The notes under the pieces were generated by a model. It was not told where the DNA came from. It was given only the letters and a program-made list of their open reading frames with translations, and searched no databases. A DNA stretch of 64,000 nucleotides from Microthyrium microscopicum (Eukaryota), in NCBI GenBank assembly GCA_010405405.1, contig MU004246.1, positions 1-64,000 on the forward strand, written 5' to 3'. The position numbers and the translations under genes are program-made. Shown here one piece after another: positions 13,001 through 26,135 of the stretch. Numbering within the stretch: the first letter of the stretch is position 1; every line of letters begins with the position of its first letter.

Positions 13001-14899
13001 ATGCTTTGGAATTACTCTAGCAGCCCTACACACATCTGCTTTCCCCTTTGATCTGACGATCTCCGGTATTGTCATTGCATCTTGTGGTGCCCATCGCAAT
13101 GGATGGCTACCATCGCATGCTCTAATGATATCAGTGCAATCTCAAAATCCTCTAGAATTCCTGGTCTATGAAGCTAGTGAAATACCGACATCGCATCTGG
13201 TGGTTGCCATCGCAGTCGATGTCACTCATTTACCATCAAGCAGTTCTCACAGGTACTGACATATTATAGATTTTTCCTCCATCGGCTTTGCTGGATCTGA
13301 TAACCGTATCTGCGTTGCTCTTTCTCGAGCTCGCAATGGATTTTACATCTTCGGTAACATGGACTGCTTCGTATCGCAAAGCGAGACATGGAATAGTGTC
13401 TATGAGATTATGGCTGAAAAGGGTCACATTGGCCACGAAGAATTTCCAATCTACTGCTCGGCCCATAACGAACAGACAATAATCAAGCACGATGCAGATT
13501 GGGCTAAGGTCAACGGTGGATGTCGTCGCCATTGCGAGGCAGTCCTGGAGTGTGGGCATCGCTGCCCTGCAAAGTGTCACTCGTAAGTTTTCCCATTTCC
13601 ACTCAATCGACTGGCGGACAGAGCAGGTGGCCTCCCATTAATTTTGTTGGTTACTGGTGCAATCTTTGCAAACAAGATGCTATGGCCTCTAGCTCATTTG
13701 CCTGCAATCGAAGCCTTTGGCAGTATGCTCGATGGCCCCATGCACCCAACGCTTCTCACTTACTACCTGTTTGTAATTTGTACTGACTCGCCTATTCCAG
13801 AACCAGCCACGCTGGCGTTCGATGTGCCGCTCCATGTGAGCTGAAGCTCAAACAGTGCGGCCATGAATGCACTAAGAAGTGTGGTCAACGATGCATGTGC
13901 GCGTACTGTATCCCGCCAAAGGAGGTCGTCGAGAAGCAAGTTGAGCAGCCTGAGAGACAAGGCTACGTTCCTATGCAAGAAGCTTATCCACATCGCCCCA
14001 AAGCGCCCATCACTCAAGCTGATCACTCTCCTACTCCTCCACCCCATCGACGAGGATCTCAGGCAGCGAAACATCGAACAGAATCACCGACGCCTCTACC
14101 AACTCGTAGTGGACGCGATACCCGCGCTAGTGCTGTCGTGGATCGCATTGTTCGCCATGATTTGAGTGGTAACGCAGCTCCTACTCGTGGCGTCAATGCA
14201 TTCGGTAGCTCTCCTGTCCGCGGCACGCGTGAAAATGCTTCCCCTGCCAGTCGTTCACCTCAACCCAAAATGGCACGCAATGGGAAGCCATTGGGGGAGT
14301 ATGAACGAAAAGTCCGACAAGATCCACACGGAAATGGAAGGTCCTCGGAAATGGCAGGCATGCCTCCCGTCGCTCAAGCTCCTCCTCCTAGCAGCCAAGC
14401 GCCCGCGCGAACAATCACTATCAACGGGCACGTCTATGTTCTTGCCGACGATGACAACTCTACCCTGGCACCCACGTCAACTCCAGCTCCAGTTGCTAGC
14501 CCAAGCCCTGCTCGAACACAAACTTCCAACATTCCGCACCGTGATCGTGCTGGATTCGGAAGCAAACTGACTCATAGTCCGGTTGCTCGAAAAGGCCCTC
14601 CAAACAATAACTCTCCGAGTAGACGAACCCAGGCGCGAAATTCTCCCCATGTGACACGTACTAACAACTCCCAGTCGAATAGAACAACACTTCCACCAGC
14701 TCCACCAAGTTTTGCTCCAGGTCGCTTTGGTGTTTCAAGTCGTGACCCTTCTCGTCATGGTCCTTTGGGTGGTGGCTGGGATAACGTACCGGAGTCACCA
14801 CCAGAGCCTTGGTCGGATGAAAGCGAGGATGGTAAGGCTTATGCGGATACAGAAGCGAGTGATGACGAAGGTCCGCAAGAACGTCTCGTGGATATCTAA
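10063..14899 (+). CDS. Upf1-like SF1 RNA helicase with NFX1-type Cys/His fingers (ZNFX1 / S. pombe Hrr1 family); exons 10063-10123, 10212-12782, 13270-13582, 13801-14899
   Basis: Walker A QGPPGTGKT, CQTNHALDQ, IEEAAE, LVGDHLQL, SLFERM, QRRM, TVDSYQGEENDI; after splicing IGF..NRICVALSRAR, then LECGHRCPAKCH and QCGHECTKKC fingers; Pro/Ser/Arg-rich tail. All three introns are GT-AG with CTRAC branch sites and keep the frame. Confidence 0.9.
12846..13230 (+). repeat. Three imperfect copies of a hairpin motif (CCATCG-CAGT-CGATGG core) plus a 15-bp tandem duplication inside helicase intron 2
   Basis: Copies at 12850-12879, 13085-13113 and 13201-13225; TTATTACATGCTTTG twice at 12979-13008. Confidence 0.8.
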
Positions 14900-16103
14900 G
14901 CAGTGTGCTCTGTATGGGAGAGTGTGTACAATCAGATTCGGGTTTGACGGCTGGAAGATTGTATTGGATCACATTCACAGAAGGGAATTACCGCAAATAG
15001 GCATTGTCTTGTTGGAAGTTCCAATGACGGAGAGTTATGTAAAATAACGACATCAATGCATAGAGATTATATAACTACCTCTTCTGTGTGAATGCCTCTT
15101 CTCATCATAATAAGTGCGCCCATTAGCTCTCACCCTCCAAGGATATTCCGCCACTTCGAATATCAATACATTCCAACTTTTGAAACATCTGTGAACGAGT
15201 CATCTACTCCTATCGCAACAGCGGCTGCTTCAACCGCGGAGTACACGACCAACGTTGTCCCGATCCTATGAATGGATTGAATATCCTCTCGGTATAAACC
15301 AATGAACCTTTCGGTATTATGCATCAATCTCAACTTGGCTACTCGCCCGAAAAGTCGTTGCGAAGTTTTGGTATGTAATTAGCTTCTGCGCAGCAGCAAA
15401 TTCATGCGCGCTACTATTCAGAGCTCTACTCATGCTAGTAATGACAAAGTACAAGTAAATGAGTTGTTTAAAATTAAACATACTTGCAATGCAAATGAAA
15501 GATCATGAAGTTTCAGCCTGATGATCGGCTTGCCCGAGAAATGTGCGCCAATGAAAGCCGAACACTTCAACCAATCATATTGCTTCGATGAAAACGCGAC
15601 ATCGTCGCCTCGTCGATGATTCAGCTTCAACAACGTCTTCAGCGACTATGACTGGCTTTTTCAACGGTTTGACCGATCAGGAAAGAACAAACTGTCGCGA
15701 CACCGCCTCTACAGATAAGACCACACTCTCGGAATATGCGCTCATCCTTGTGATGCCGGGCCAGCTGAGGCCTCTCAAAGCTCCCTTAGATGTTGCACTG
15801 CCTCAATCTGCATCATCAGAATCCTCTGACCTATCATGGTCATGTCAGTCTTCAAACCAGATGTTCGGGATGCAAGGACCTAGGGGTACTTATCGGAGGT
15901 ATCCCCGATATCCCAGTTTGTTGAGAAGATATATGCTCTCTCATCGGTGAGGCCGGGCGTAAGTAGAAACAGCTCTCACTGTAGCCTGCGGAATCGAGAA
16001 TATCATGAACAAACAATTTCTAACGACTCATCTGCACACTCTGATCACAACATCTTCTTTTAGTTGTGACCTGTGATGTTAGAATACTACCTTCTGCAGA
16101 AGT

Positions 16104-18282
16104 ATGAACAAGTTCGAGGACCAACAAGACGACGACCTGGCATACCAGGACTTTGTCAGCCAAGCTCATGGAGCTGATGCTTTGAATCGTTTCAATCTAT
16201 CGGCATCTTTAGGGGACAGACATCATACTTTTCAATTTCCCTGGCAATCCAACAAACAATCAGGAGCATCCCCTAACGAAGGAGAGTATCATCGCATGTC
16301 AGACCTCTCCATCCCTCGAGACTTTCCAACATCTCAATGCGATCTAATACAACCTGAAGCGAGTAGGAAGTCCGATCCCTCTGTTGTTTACGAACAATTG
16401 CAACCCGACCAATCTACCACACAGATACAAGCCTACAGAGCCCCAGCATGTAGTCCATACTCCGGGATCCTCCTCTTTTTTGCAATGGGCTTTGGCGTAC
16501 TCACTGGAGTTTACGCATCGGGTTCCGCTACCAAGATAATGAACTTTCATTTTCTTTCCTCATCGCCCAGCAACTCACTCCTGGCTCTTCGAATTATATC
16601 AGAAGTGAGCACAATACTCTTGTGGGGACTAGGGGTTGCGAGTCTGGAAGATCTTCAGTGGGCATTGGCGTCAAGAAAGGATGGAATGAACATTTTTCAA
16701 TTTCTTACCTTGGACATGGGAACCGGTATATGGGGTCTTATGAGGCTAGTGATAAGAAGCCCATTCGCATATAAAGGACTTGCACTGCTGCGGTCAGCTC
16801 TACCTAAGCATCAGTATGATCAATGAACTCTGCTAACCAATTCAGAATCATATTTCTTTGCACTATTGCGGTGCCAGGGGTTTTGATTATGAGTGAGTTT
16901 GCAGATACCCATATTCTCGACAGCTTATTGACTTTCAAGGCAACATCTCAATCAACCAAGTCTTCTTCCCGATATCTACGCACCAAGTCTCCGCCGGACT
17001 TGCGCCATTCAATGTATCGTACACTAGAAATCTTGACGAAACCTGGGCAACAGCTTTATGCGCCAATGTGGGTAACCCGGTGTGGTCTAGTCTCAATTCG
17101 ATATCTGTACCGCCTTTACCACGAGGGCAAGGTGGCTGTGATTCTACAACTTCCCTTACACATGAATGGGAACCTTGTCAAGAAGCATATTTTTTGACTG
17201 GTGGGATTGAGAGAGTAGCTCCTCAACCTGCCCTAGGACCAAACATGTCTGCTGCGACTGCGATTGTGGTTGCACATACCCAAGGTTATCACATTGAATT
17301 TGGAAGACTTCGAGATCCACAATTTCTTCAACAAAAGGGTTGCGGTCAACGTGGAGACGAATCTGGTGCTGTGTTTTGGTGCCTTTCCAATGGCCAAGCA
17401 CAAGAATTGACCATGGGTAAGTAGAGAAACCCACTTCGAATCACTGGTACTAAACTCAGCAGCTGGAGTGTACTGTCCTCTTGAATTTCAGAACGACAAT
17501 AGATGCATGAGTGACACGAGCTGGACACAAAGCCTCAATCTCGATACATCAATTTTCATTTACCGACGTTCTGGAACCGTCTACTACGATCGAAGCAATT
17601 TCACAATTCTCCGCGTATCGGATCTAAGTGAGCCAACCATTTTCAACATATCAGCGATCCAAGCCATTATCGCTTTCGACACGGTTATACAAAGCTCAAA
17701 CAATTGTTCTGGCATATCTCATTATGCAGCCACCATATTACCCGCATCAGACAGTCAGAATGCCGCAGTCCTAGCTTTGCGAGAATCTCGTGCAGCTTTT
17801 AGTTTGATGTTGCATTACTTCAATGCCAACACTGTTGGAGCGAGTGACAACGTCTGGACACTGACTGAACCCCGAGCTGGTCTCCCTGATAATATGTACA
17901 CCACCGCCTCCTTTTCGCGGCCAGCATATCAAGCAGTGGCGAGCAGGATATCATTGTGGGCCTTTGTCGGCTGCGAGAGCGCTTTGCTTCTCATATGTGT
18001 TGTGGCAATTTTGTGCGCACGACGAGCAGTTCGGTATCGTCAAATCCGGACAGGGTAGGTTACTTGACCCCCATGATAGTTTCTCGCTTACAACTTTTTA
18101 GGTACCCAAGCCTGGATTTTGCTGTAAATTGTTTAGGAAGAGGCGGGTTGCTGGGAAAAGTTGCAGTGATGCGGGAACATCCGAGCAGAAGCTTACCAGA
18201 AGACTTGGACCACATGCGCATCTGGGCAGGACAAAGAGACATCAACCGAGCATCCGATTCTGAAGTTCATGATGTTCAATAG
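16104..18282 (+). CDS. Uncharacterised multi-exon membrane protein
   Basis: Consecutive + strand ORFs (16104, ~17068, 17468, ~18090) separated by GT..CTRAC..AG introns; several hydrophobic segments, a Cys-containing lumenal part and a C-terminal TM. Exon edges are approximate. Confidence 0.6.
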
Positions 18283-19155
18283 ACGATTGCGCCTGTCGTG
18301 CGAAGTTCGGAAGGTCAACGAATCTGAAATTCGAAAGATACTAGCTGAGTGATCATGCAATCTAATGGGAGTCTTTCGCCAACCTACAATCACCTTTTCT
18401 TTTCAGTGCTTTGAACATAACCCTTTCGAATTACTATCTTCTAACTGATTCTTCAGCTTTGGCTAAGAATCACCTGGGACAAGTCGGCTGGCCGTTCGTT
18501 TTCTCCAACAAATCAATCCCTGCTGGAACGTAACCGACCATCAAATCCAGCCCCCAGGTACCGGTCATGCTGCTCAAATTATATTTGTGCCTTCGTTACT
18601 ACCAGAGTCAAAATAGTTATATCCATAAAGTATTCGAGCCATAATCCTCGCGTCTGCAGTAAACATCCTGAGCTGGCGCTGGAAACCACCAATCACAGTA
18701 TCAAAGCCTGTCAGAAATATCAAACAGGAGTCTTCGCTTAAAACGAATCAAAACATCGCGCCAAGTAAACATCAACATAAGGACGAACTATAATGAGGAG
18801 TGCTGCCGGCAGGCCAGGAAAACGCAATAGCCTGACGAACCCGTAATTTTGAAACCAAAATGTCAGCGTCACGCCTAATTCTTCTGACCGCTAACAGTAC
18901 GCCTAAACTCCCTTCATTGCTAACAGTGCAACTATACTTTTTGCAAGACTCTGGGGAAATATGTATATAAAGTTTCCTGCCAAGAGCCTCCAAGATGTTT
19001 TCCCAGCACAATCGTTCATTCAACTTCAGTCAATTCATTCACTTTACATTCTTTCAGCTACTGGCTAGCAGTCTTTACCACAACTTTCTTACAATTTTTC
19101 AATCGTTTCTTCCACGTTCCAACTAAAGCCTTCTTTAGCCAGCAAATCATTCACT

Positions 19156-19790
19156 ATGCATTTCACCAAGTCGATCATTGCCGCTTCTGTTGTTTCTGGG
19201 GTCTATGCTGCTACGCATCAGATCCAGGTTGGCACTGGCGGCCAGAGAGTCTTTACTCCTGCCACTGTTGACGCTGCTGTTGGAGACACTGTGCAGTTCA
19301 TTTGGGTTGCCGGAGTATGTGACCTACTCACCTCTGCTAAGCTATTGCTGATCGTCGCAGAACCATACCGTCACCTCCGGGGGTGGAAGCAGCAGTGCTG
19401 CCTGCCAGCCTACGGCCCAGTTTAACTCTGGCTTCTTGATTGGAAATGCTGGCCAAACCACCAATCAGCCAACATTTTCCATGACTGTCAAGACCACTGC
19501 GCCAATCACTTTCTACTGTGCCCAGAACCAGAATGACCATTGCCAGGCGAGCATGGTCGGCGCGATCAATCCATCCGCGGATGTATGTGTTGTTCAATGG
19601 TCTTTAGTCAAAGGTTACTAACATATCGCAGAACAACAATGCCAACTCCTTGGTCCAGCTTCAGCGACAGGCGTCCCAGACAAAGGTCGGTAGCAGTGGT
19701 GTTGCCAAGAAAGTCACTGGCGGCACTGTTGGTAAAGGCAATGTCATCAAGCAGAAGAGAGAAGTCGTTCCTTCTCGCTTGTTCAAGTGA
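19156..19790 (+). CDS. Secreted cupredoxin-like (extracellular Ser-rich type) protein; exons 19156-19314, 19361-19582, 19632-19790
   Basis: Signal peptide MHFTKSIIAASVVSGVYA; FTPATVDAAVGDTVQF, NHTVT, FYCAQ..HCQASMVGAINP give His/Cys/His/Met candidate copper ligands; GTATGT..CAG introns keep the frame. Confidence 0.85.
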
Positions 19791-20708
19791 TTGTATTCAC
19801 CAAGTCGCCGGTACGACTATCATGTATTTGTATGATGAGGATCTTGGGGAATGTCTTGTGTTACTAGACGATAAGATGTAAGAACAGCATTTTGTGGAGA
19901 GGATGAGATTTGGCTCTTTAGAAGTTTGAATGCTAGGTTGTTGCACAGGTCACTCTTTCCTGCGACGTGACATGATTGATTAATTGATGATACATATACC
20001 GCGAGCTTGCAAGATCTTCAGGCGAAAGGCGACTCGGCTTGATTGAAGACAAGAGTGTGCCAGGCGGACTTTGACACTAAAAGAGAATTCATCACAACTT
20101 TTAAAACCCAAGTTCAAATGTACAGGACAATATAACGATCACGACGTCAAAAGATCAACGAAACGAACAAAATAAATGAGTCCATAGCTTCCGTTCCCAA
20201 GGGAATTGGCAGGTGTCAGCGGAAACTAGTGCCACCGAACAATGTTTCGTTTCGGAATCAAGTCAAGGCCACTACAAGAAGGAGAATGCGGTATACAGAC
20301 AACACCAATAGGGAGCAATGAAGACAGACAGAAATCACGGCGGTCAAAAATCAAATAGGGTGGCTTACGGAGACTCCGTAGTGGCAAGCCTGATTTGCTC
20401 TCTAGGAGGATCTGAAGGATTGTATTTATTACTCCACCAACACAAATCAGGCTGGTGGTTGTTTGCTTCCATGGAGGCACGACTAATGGCCATAGAAAAA
20501 GGTCTTTAGCACTACAGAAGGATTTCGGATATCAACGACGTCTGACGTCCAAGAGATCACACAGTCATGACAGTGGACTAAATGCAGAGTATAAATGTCA
20601 ACTCCATTCTCATGTTGACAATGACACTCTGCTCAAATAACTCAAAGAAACCAGGAACTTCACTCGAAATCGCATCAAATATTTTCATCACACACTTCCC
20701 GTTACATC

Positions 20709-20949
20709 ATGGTGAAGAGCATTTTCATCAGTCTAATGCTTGCTCTATGTGGTAGGTTGAATGCATCATACATAAATTAGTCTCCTGCTAACGCGACTGC
20801 TAGTATCTGTCACTTTGGCAAGAGGATGCAACAGTCACGATCATGGCCAATTCATTACTGGGCCATGCTGCGCCAATGATGATTGTGCATCAAATTGTTG
20901 CAAAGATTCAGTGTGTAGAGGTATCGCTGTAGGCTGTTCCGGTGCTTAA
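20709..20949 (+). CDS. Small secreted cysteine-rich protein, 62 aa, BAS2-like effector candidate; exons 20709-20751, 20804-20949
   Basis: Spliced translation MVKSIFISLMLALCVSVTLARGCNSHDHGQFITGPCCANDDCASNCCKDSVCRGIAVGCSGA*; 52-nt intron GTAGGT..GCTAAC..TAG; hydrophobic signal peptide, 8 Cys in the mature part; TATAAA at ~20590. Confidence 0.85.
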
Positions 20950-21562
20950 AGATCAACAAGTCGTGGGTGTATTTTGATCACTCGAATGTTCAGTTAGATG
21001 AGTATCGAGACTTTGCAAACTTCTGTATCAGCATGATAGTCAAATGAAGATTTACTGTTGATAGCGCTCTCTTTGAAAACGACGTTTTATTTTGAATGTT
21101 CGATCTTTTTCTACTTCAAAGTCCAAAATGTGCTTGGGCAATAGTATGAATGAATTTCCATGGCAGAGGAATTGATTAGATTCCTACTGCAGTAGCCATC
21201 AAGTATTCTGGGATGTCTTTGTCGTTCGAGCTGCTGTTAGTCTATGCCAGGCTTTCGTACATGCTGCGCGCTCACTATTCTATTCAATCTATTGCCGGGC
21301 TTATGAGTTCCACTCTATAAAGCGAACACTCTTTTGTGCAGTTCATATTCTCTACCATATTTTCTCGCACAAAATTCTTTTTGTAGTCAGCCTGTTAAAG
21401 TAGAGCGAACCATTCAAAATCGTGTGACTGAAACATCAAACTCTTTGTGGCGCCCCCTTTCTCCAACCTCCCTTCTAGTAACATCATTTGAGTTCCATTC
21501 TTTCATCACCATTTGTTGCTCAGTCTTACATCCCCTAAAGAAGTACTATATCAGTCGTCATC

Positions 21563-21913
21563 ATGCCTAGCATTACCGCAGGAACAATCTATATCTTCGG
21601 ACTCACATCGCTTTGTGCAGGCTTCTTCAACATTTTGCGTCCCAGGGATGCTCTGTCAGCATTGGGCTTGCCTAATCTACCTTCAGTCCGCCCGGCTTCG
21701 GATGCAATGGCCTTAGCAGCAATCGCCATGGGGATATACTACCCACTGGCGGCCGCTCAAGAAAATAGAAAGTTCTTTGCTCTCACCGTTGGCATGCGAC
21801 TTCTTACGGCGACCATATTCTGGAAGAATGGTGGACCATGGAGGACTCCGGCATTGTGGGAAGGACTTGGGGCAATCACGACTGGAGTGTCGATGATTTG
21901 GGAGTCTAAATGA
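21563..21913 (+). CDS. Small integral membrane protein (116 aa, about 4 hydrophobic segments), function unknown
   Basis: Single ATG-started ORF with alternating hydrophobic helices, preceded by a pyrimidine-rich 5' region. Confidence 0.7.
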   Translation: MPSITAGTIYIFGLTSLCAGFFNILRPRDALSALGLPNLPSVRPASDAMALAAIAMGIYYPLAAAQENRKFFALTVGMRLLTATIFWKNGGPWRTPALWEGLGAITTGVSMIWESK

Positions 21914-22108
21914 AGTATCTCAGGTAGGCTTTTCTTCACGCTGTCTCGGCTGTAGATATGTTGATGAGCTGATGAATGAAGGAATATGATATTATTGCAT
22001 CTCTGCCAATTATAGATAGATCTAACCGCAAACTGTACATTAAATGCTGGTATAGCCATGAGAAGGTTGACATATGAAAAAGGACTCCTGAACGACCACT
22101 TATGCATG

Positions 22109-23503
22109 CTAATAGTTGTGAGCGGCAAAGCGCATCTCAGCAGCGCCAACATCGAAAGCAACAACAACATTGCTCATGAAAACATCGCCGAGAATGTATG
22201 GGCCGGAACCACCATCCTGTACACCAGAGATACATCCACCAGCTCCGTCAGAAACGATCAAGTCCTTAACGCTGATGCTGAAAGCTTGACCGCCGAGGAC
22301 AACGGCAATGTTCGGTGCAGTTGCTGAGCACGAGACGGAGTAGTATCCATTGCTTACTGTGGCGGCCGGCTTGAAGAGCGCGTTGATGGCCTTGGTGGTT
22401 GCAGTGGAGGCGTAGACGAGGGTTGTGCCGCTGTCGACGATGTATTGATCCTTGACGGTGTGCTTGGCGTTGCCATACTCGAAAGAGTCTGGAGTCAAAG
22501 TGTAGAACTGGTAGTCAGTTTGGGCAGCGTTGCTGTCATCGGTGTCGTCGCTATCGTCGCTTGCTGTTGAGCTGGATGTCATTTGCTGGATTGGAACAGT
22601 AGCCCAGTCTCCAGTGACATTAACTGGTGGGAGACCACCAAAGGCGATGTAGCCACCACCGGTGCCGCGCTCAATGGCCATGCTGAACATTGCAGAAGAC
22701 AAGCCTTGCTTGTACATGTTGGTGAAGATGGGATCATAGGTGATTCGAGTAGTACCATCCTGGTTGGGGTCAGATCCTTGGTACTCAGATGTCAAACCTG
22801 GGTAGGCGAGGCCCAAGAGACCGGAGGAGATTCCGTCACCATTCCAGTAAGCGGAAGTGCCCAGAGCAGCCTGTGTATGTTAGATAAAATGAACAAGTGG
22901 AATAATTTGCAAGTAGCTCACAGTCTGTTGAGGAACGGTGATTCCAGCAATCTCAATATCAGCCTTGCCAAACACACCCGTCACGAATTCGCCATCACCG
23001 TACCCAATGTTGAAGTTGACATTTGGAATCTCCTCCTCGGCTGAAAATGTACCAGGGTATGTTGGTCCAAAGTTGCAAGTCGCCTGGGATACAGCTTGAC
23101 TGTTTGCATCAGTGCACTGGAAGCTGCTCTCAATCAACCAAGTGTCACTGCTACCAGTATCCACAATAAGCTGGAGTGGAGTACCCTCAAACTTGATCTC
23201 AGTAAGGTATTCCTGCCCTTGAAGAGCTGAAGCCAATGATTGTTCTTGTCGCTTTGTTAGGCGTGGGTTTCTTGCAGCTCTCATATGATGTAAGTGCTTG
23301 GAGCTCTTGGTTGCAGATCCAGTCTTCCTTGTCAAAGAAACAAAGTTGTTGGTAACTTCATTGGGAGTGGCACTGGCAAACGCCTTCAAATCTTTATATT
23401 CAGCCTTGAAGTTGCTGGCTGCGCGGCGTTCTGGAACAACGGCCGCCTGCGCAAGGAATGGCGCAGACAGCAGAAGGCATGCAAGGGAGGCTGATCGAGA
23501 CAT
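22109..23503 (-). CDS. Secreted pepsin-like (A1) aspartic protease; exons 23503-22922, 22870-22109
   Basis: Signal peptide, propeptide ending KR, catalytic motifs DTGSSDTW and DSGTT, flap YGDG, C-terminal ILGDVFM; 51-nt intron 22921-22871 keeps the frame. Confidence 0.93.
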
Positions 23504-24775
23504 AATGAGGCAGATGTAGCTAATGATTGGAACTGTGCTGGTGGAATGATTTCGAACTAGAGATGTGATTGAAGAGTTATATACCCATATGCAATGCTAA
23601 CAATTCGACACATGAGTAGTGGAGTCTTTTGTTATCGTCCTTTCTGGCATATCACCTTCTAAAAGATTTTTTGGCATCCAAGTTGCCGATTACGTTACTT
23701 TCCCTCTACAATTCCTCTTCCCAACTAAGTAAGAGAGTTGCGCTAAGTCCAGCCATTGTCCACTCAGGAGGCAAAGTTTGTGGTTTAGGATTTTGTTTAT
23801 CTCTTAACATGACCCGAGCAATAGCCATTAGGGAAAGGTGTGGGGTTTGACGACTCGCGATGACCCCTGGGCAGATCTAGCATGAAGCCCATCGGGAGAC
23901 CTTGTACCCTATCGGGAAGGTCCAGATAGGATTGTACATGGGTGAGAGTCAAGATGTTGAGCTGCGCCTGCGCTTTCAAAAGGAAGTCAGAATGTAAGAG
24001 TAACTTTCCTTAACAGAGAACCTTTCTATAGCGTACGTAGACGTCTCCGTATCTTGTTTCAAACTCCAGAGCTTCATTAGCTGGCTTCCTAAAACAAGGT
24101 GAAGTTGTTGATCTTGGCGGTTTAGGTTGCATTCCTGAGTCCTATCAACAAGCGACCTACGATTCGTCTTGAAGATAGTGGATTAGCTGCTCAACGAAGG
24201 TAGGTGGACAGCACGCGACCTCGCTTCAACCCGATAACTTGAACTCGAAGTCCCCTGTGCACTCATGCTCGGCCTGCCATAGCCATCCCGAATTTAAAAA
24301 GGGGAGCGACAAGCCAGGTAGAGGATGCCATACGAAGAGGTTTTTATAATGGTCTACGCGGTGAAGGCGCGATGTTGACGAGCTGTGGACATAGGAGATT
24401 AAGGAGGTTGAAAATGGAAAGCTTGGAACGCGCGGCAAGCGTGGAACGAAACTTGGCGCGTTGACAGCTCGGCATGCCGATCCGGCCCGACGGATATTCG
24501 GCCATCCCCTGGCGATTTCGGACTAATATCAACAGGATCCATATGTTCAATCAACCACACATCTACCGCGATCGCTGCCGGGGACATTTCAAGTCGGGTT
24601 TTACTGTAGCGAAGGACGAGGCGCGGCTTTATTATTAGACGGCGCAAGAGGGCTCCATGAAAGAATCTGCTTACTACCCGTGATGCTATCGCGTGCTCGA
24701 GTCGTACATTCAAGGTCCCTCTGGTCCAAGCAAACTTCCGCCACCCTTTGTAGATCGTCCATCTTTGTTCCCAGA

Positions 24776-25798
24776 ATGGCATATTCACGATTAGTACGAT
24801 TCATTCCCAAGAGCAGCCCGGGTACTGTTCTTATCGGCCAACCTGTGGATGATAGCCTAGATGTCGGGCTTGCCACGCGCAAGGGTGAGGAGGTGGAAGT
24901 CAGGGTCTTCAGCGGGTCTTCTGCACTGAGTCCTGGTGAATTGACCAACAAACGAGAGAAGGTTGGGACACTGCTTAGTCCGATATCCCGTGAGGAGATT
25001 GGAACGATTCGATGTATCGGTCTTAATGTATGTTCCTTCTTCCCTGTTTCAACCGGTAAAGAGACTGACAGACAAAAGTATAAAGACCATGCGAGGGAAG
25101 TTAAAATGGACTTTCCTAGCGAGCCAATCCTTTTCCTGTAGGGCATGGTCTATTCTCTTCATAAGTTATGTTAGTCCTTAACACTTCTTTCTAGGAAGCC
25201 CAATACTTCGCTGGCCGATCCATATCCGGCTCCAACTATCATTCCCAAGCATACTCTTGCTCACAACACGGCTGACTATGAATCCGAGTTGGCTGTCGTT
25301 ATTGGTAAAGAATGCAAAAATGTCTCTGAAGCAGATGCTCTGAGCTACGTCCTTGGGTATACTGCATGCAACGATGTCAGTAGCCGTACTAGCCAATTGA
25401 GTCAAAGTCAATGGTGCTATAGCAAAGGCTTTGATGGTGCTTGTCCTTTAGGACCTGTTCTTGTCAGTCCAGAGCTGATAAAAGACCCTTCCAAGTTGTG
25501 GATCAAGGGCAAGAAGAACGGTGAAGTTGTTCAGGATTCTGGAATTGAGTAAGTTGCATAATCATCGTTCCATAGAAGTCTTGTTAACAGAATCAGTGAT
25601 TTGATCTTTGAGATCCCAAAGCTCATTAGCTTCTTGTCTCAAGGGACTACGCTTCCGCCGGGAACTACTATTGTAACTGGTACTCCCAAGGGCGTTGGCA
25701 TGGGAACAGAGACTTACCTGAAAGATGGTGATGAAGTTGCTATCGAAGTTTCGCCTCACATTGGCACTCTTATCACGGTCTACCAGGCAGAAAAATAG
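24776..25798 (+). CDS. Fumarylacetoacetate-hydrolase (FAH) superfamily protein; 3 introns
   Basis: IRCIGLN|YK.HA.E, PILFLKP, DYESELAVVIG, NDVSSR, KGFDGACPLGP, TGTPKGVG motifs. Confidence 0.9.
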
Positions 25799-26135
25799 AT
25801 AGAACATGCATTAGAGGGGTACATCTTGAAACGCCAGAAAAAACAGCACTTCTCTCAACAGGATCCATTCTGAAAAGTTCCAGACAACGACTAGCTGTAG
25901 AGATTTTGCCGATTCACTTATATGTAAAATCTAGTCAACTTTAAGGGTTCAAGTATTACATTATTAGTAGACTATAAACTTGTTCTTCTTTAGAGCCTAG
26001 ACGCCACTGATCGTATCAAGGCTAGACTGGTGAAGCTATAATTGTTCGCTCGTACGAATTCGCTCGTAACACCGGCAATACCAACGAACATGTTCCCATC
26101 CTGTCTGAAGCTTTAGCGGTTGGCCACGCCAAAGC

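Noticed and set aside
12669..13259. 196-aa ORF running through helicase intron 2
   Set aside because: Different frame from the helicase, no recognisable motifs, and it overlaps a well-supported GT-AG intron; treated as incidental.
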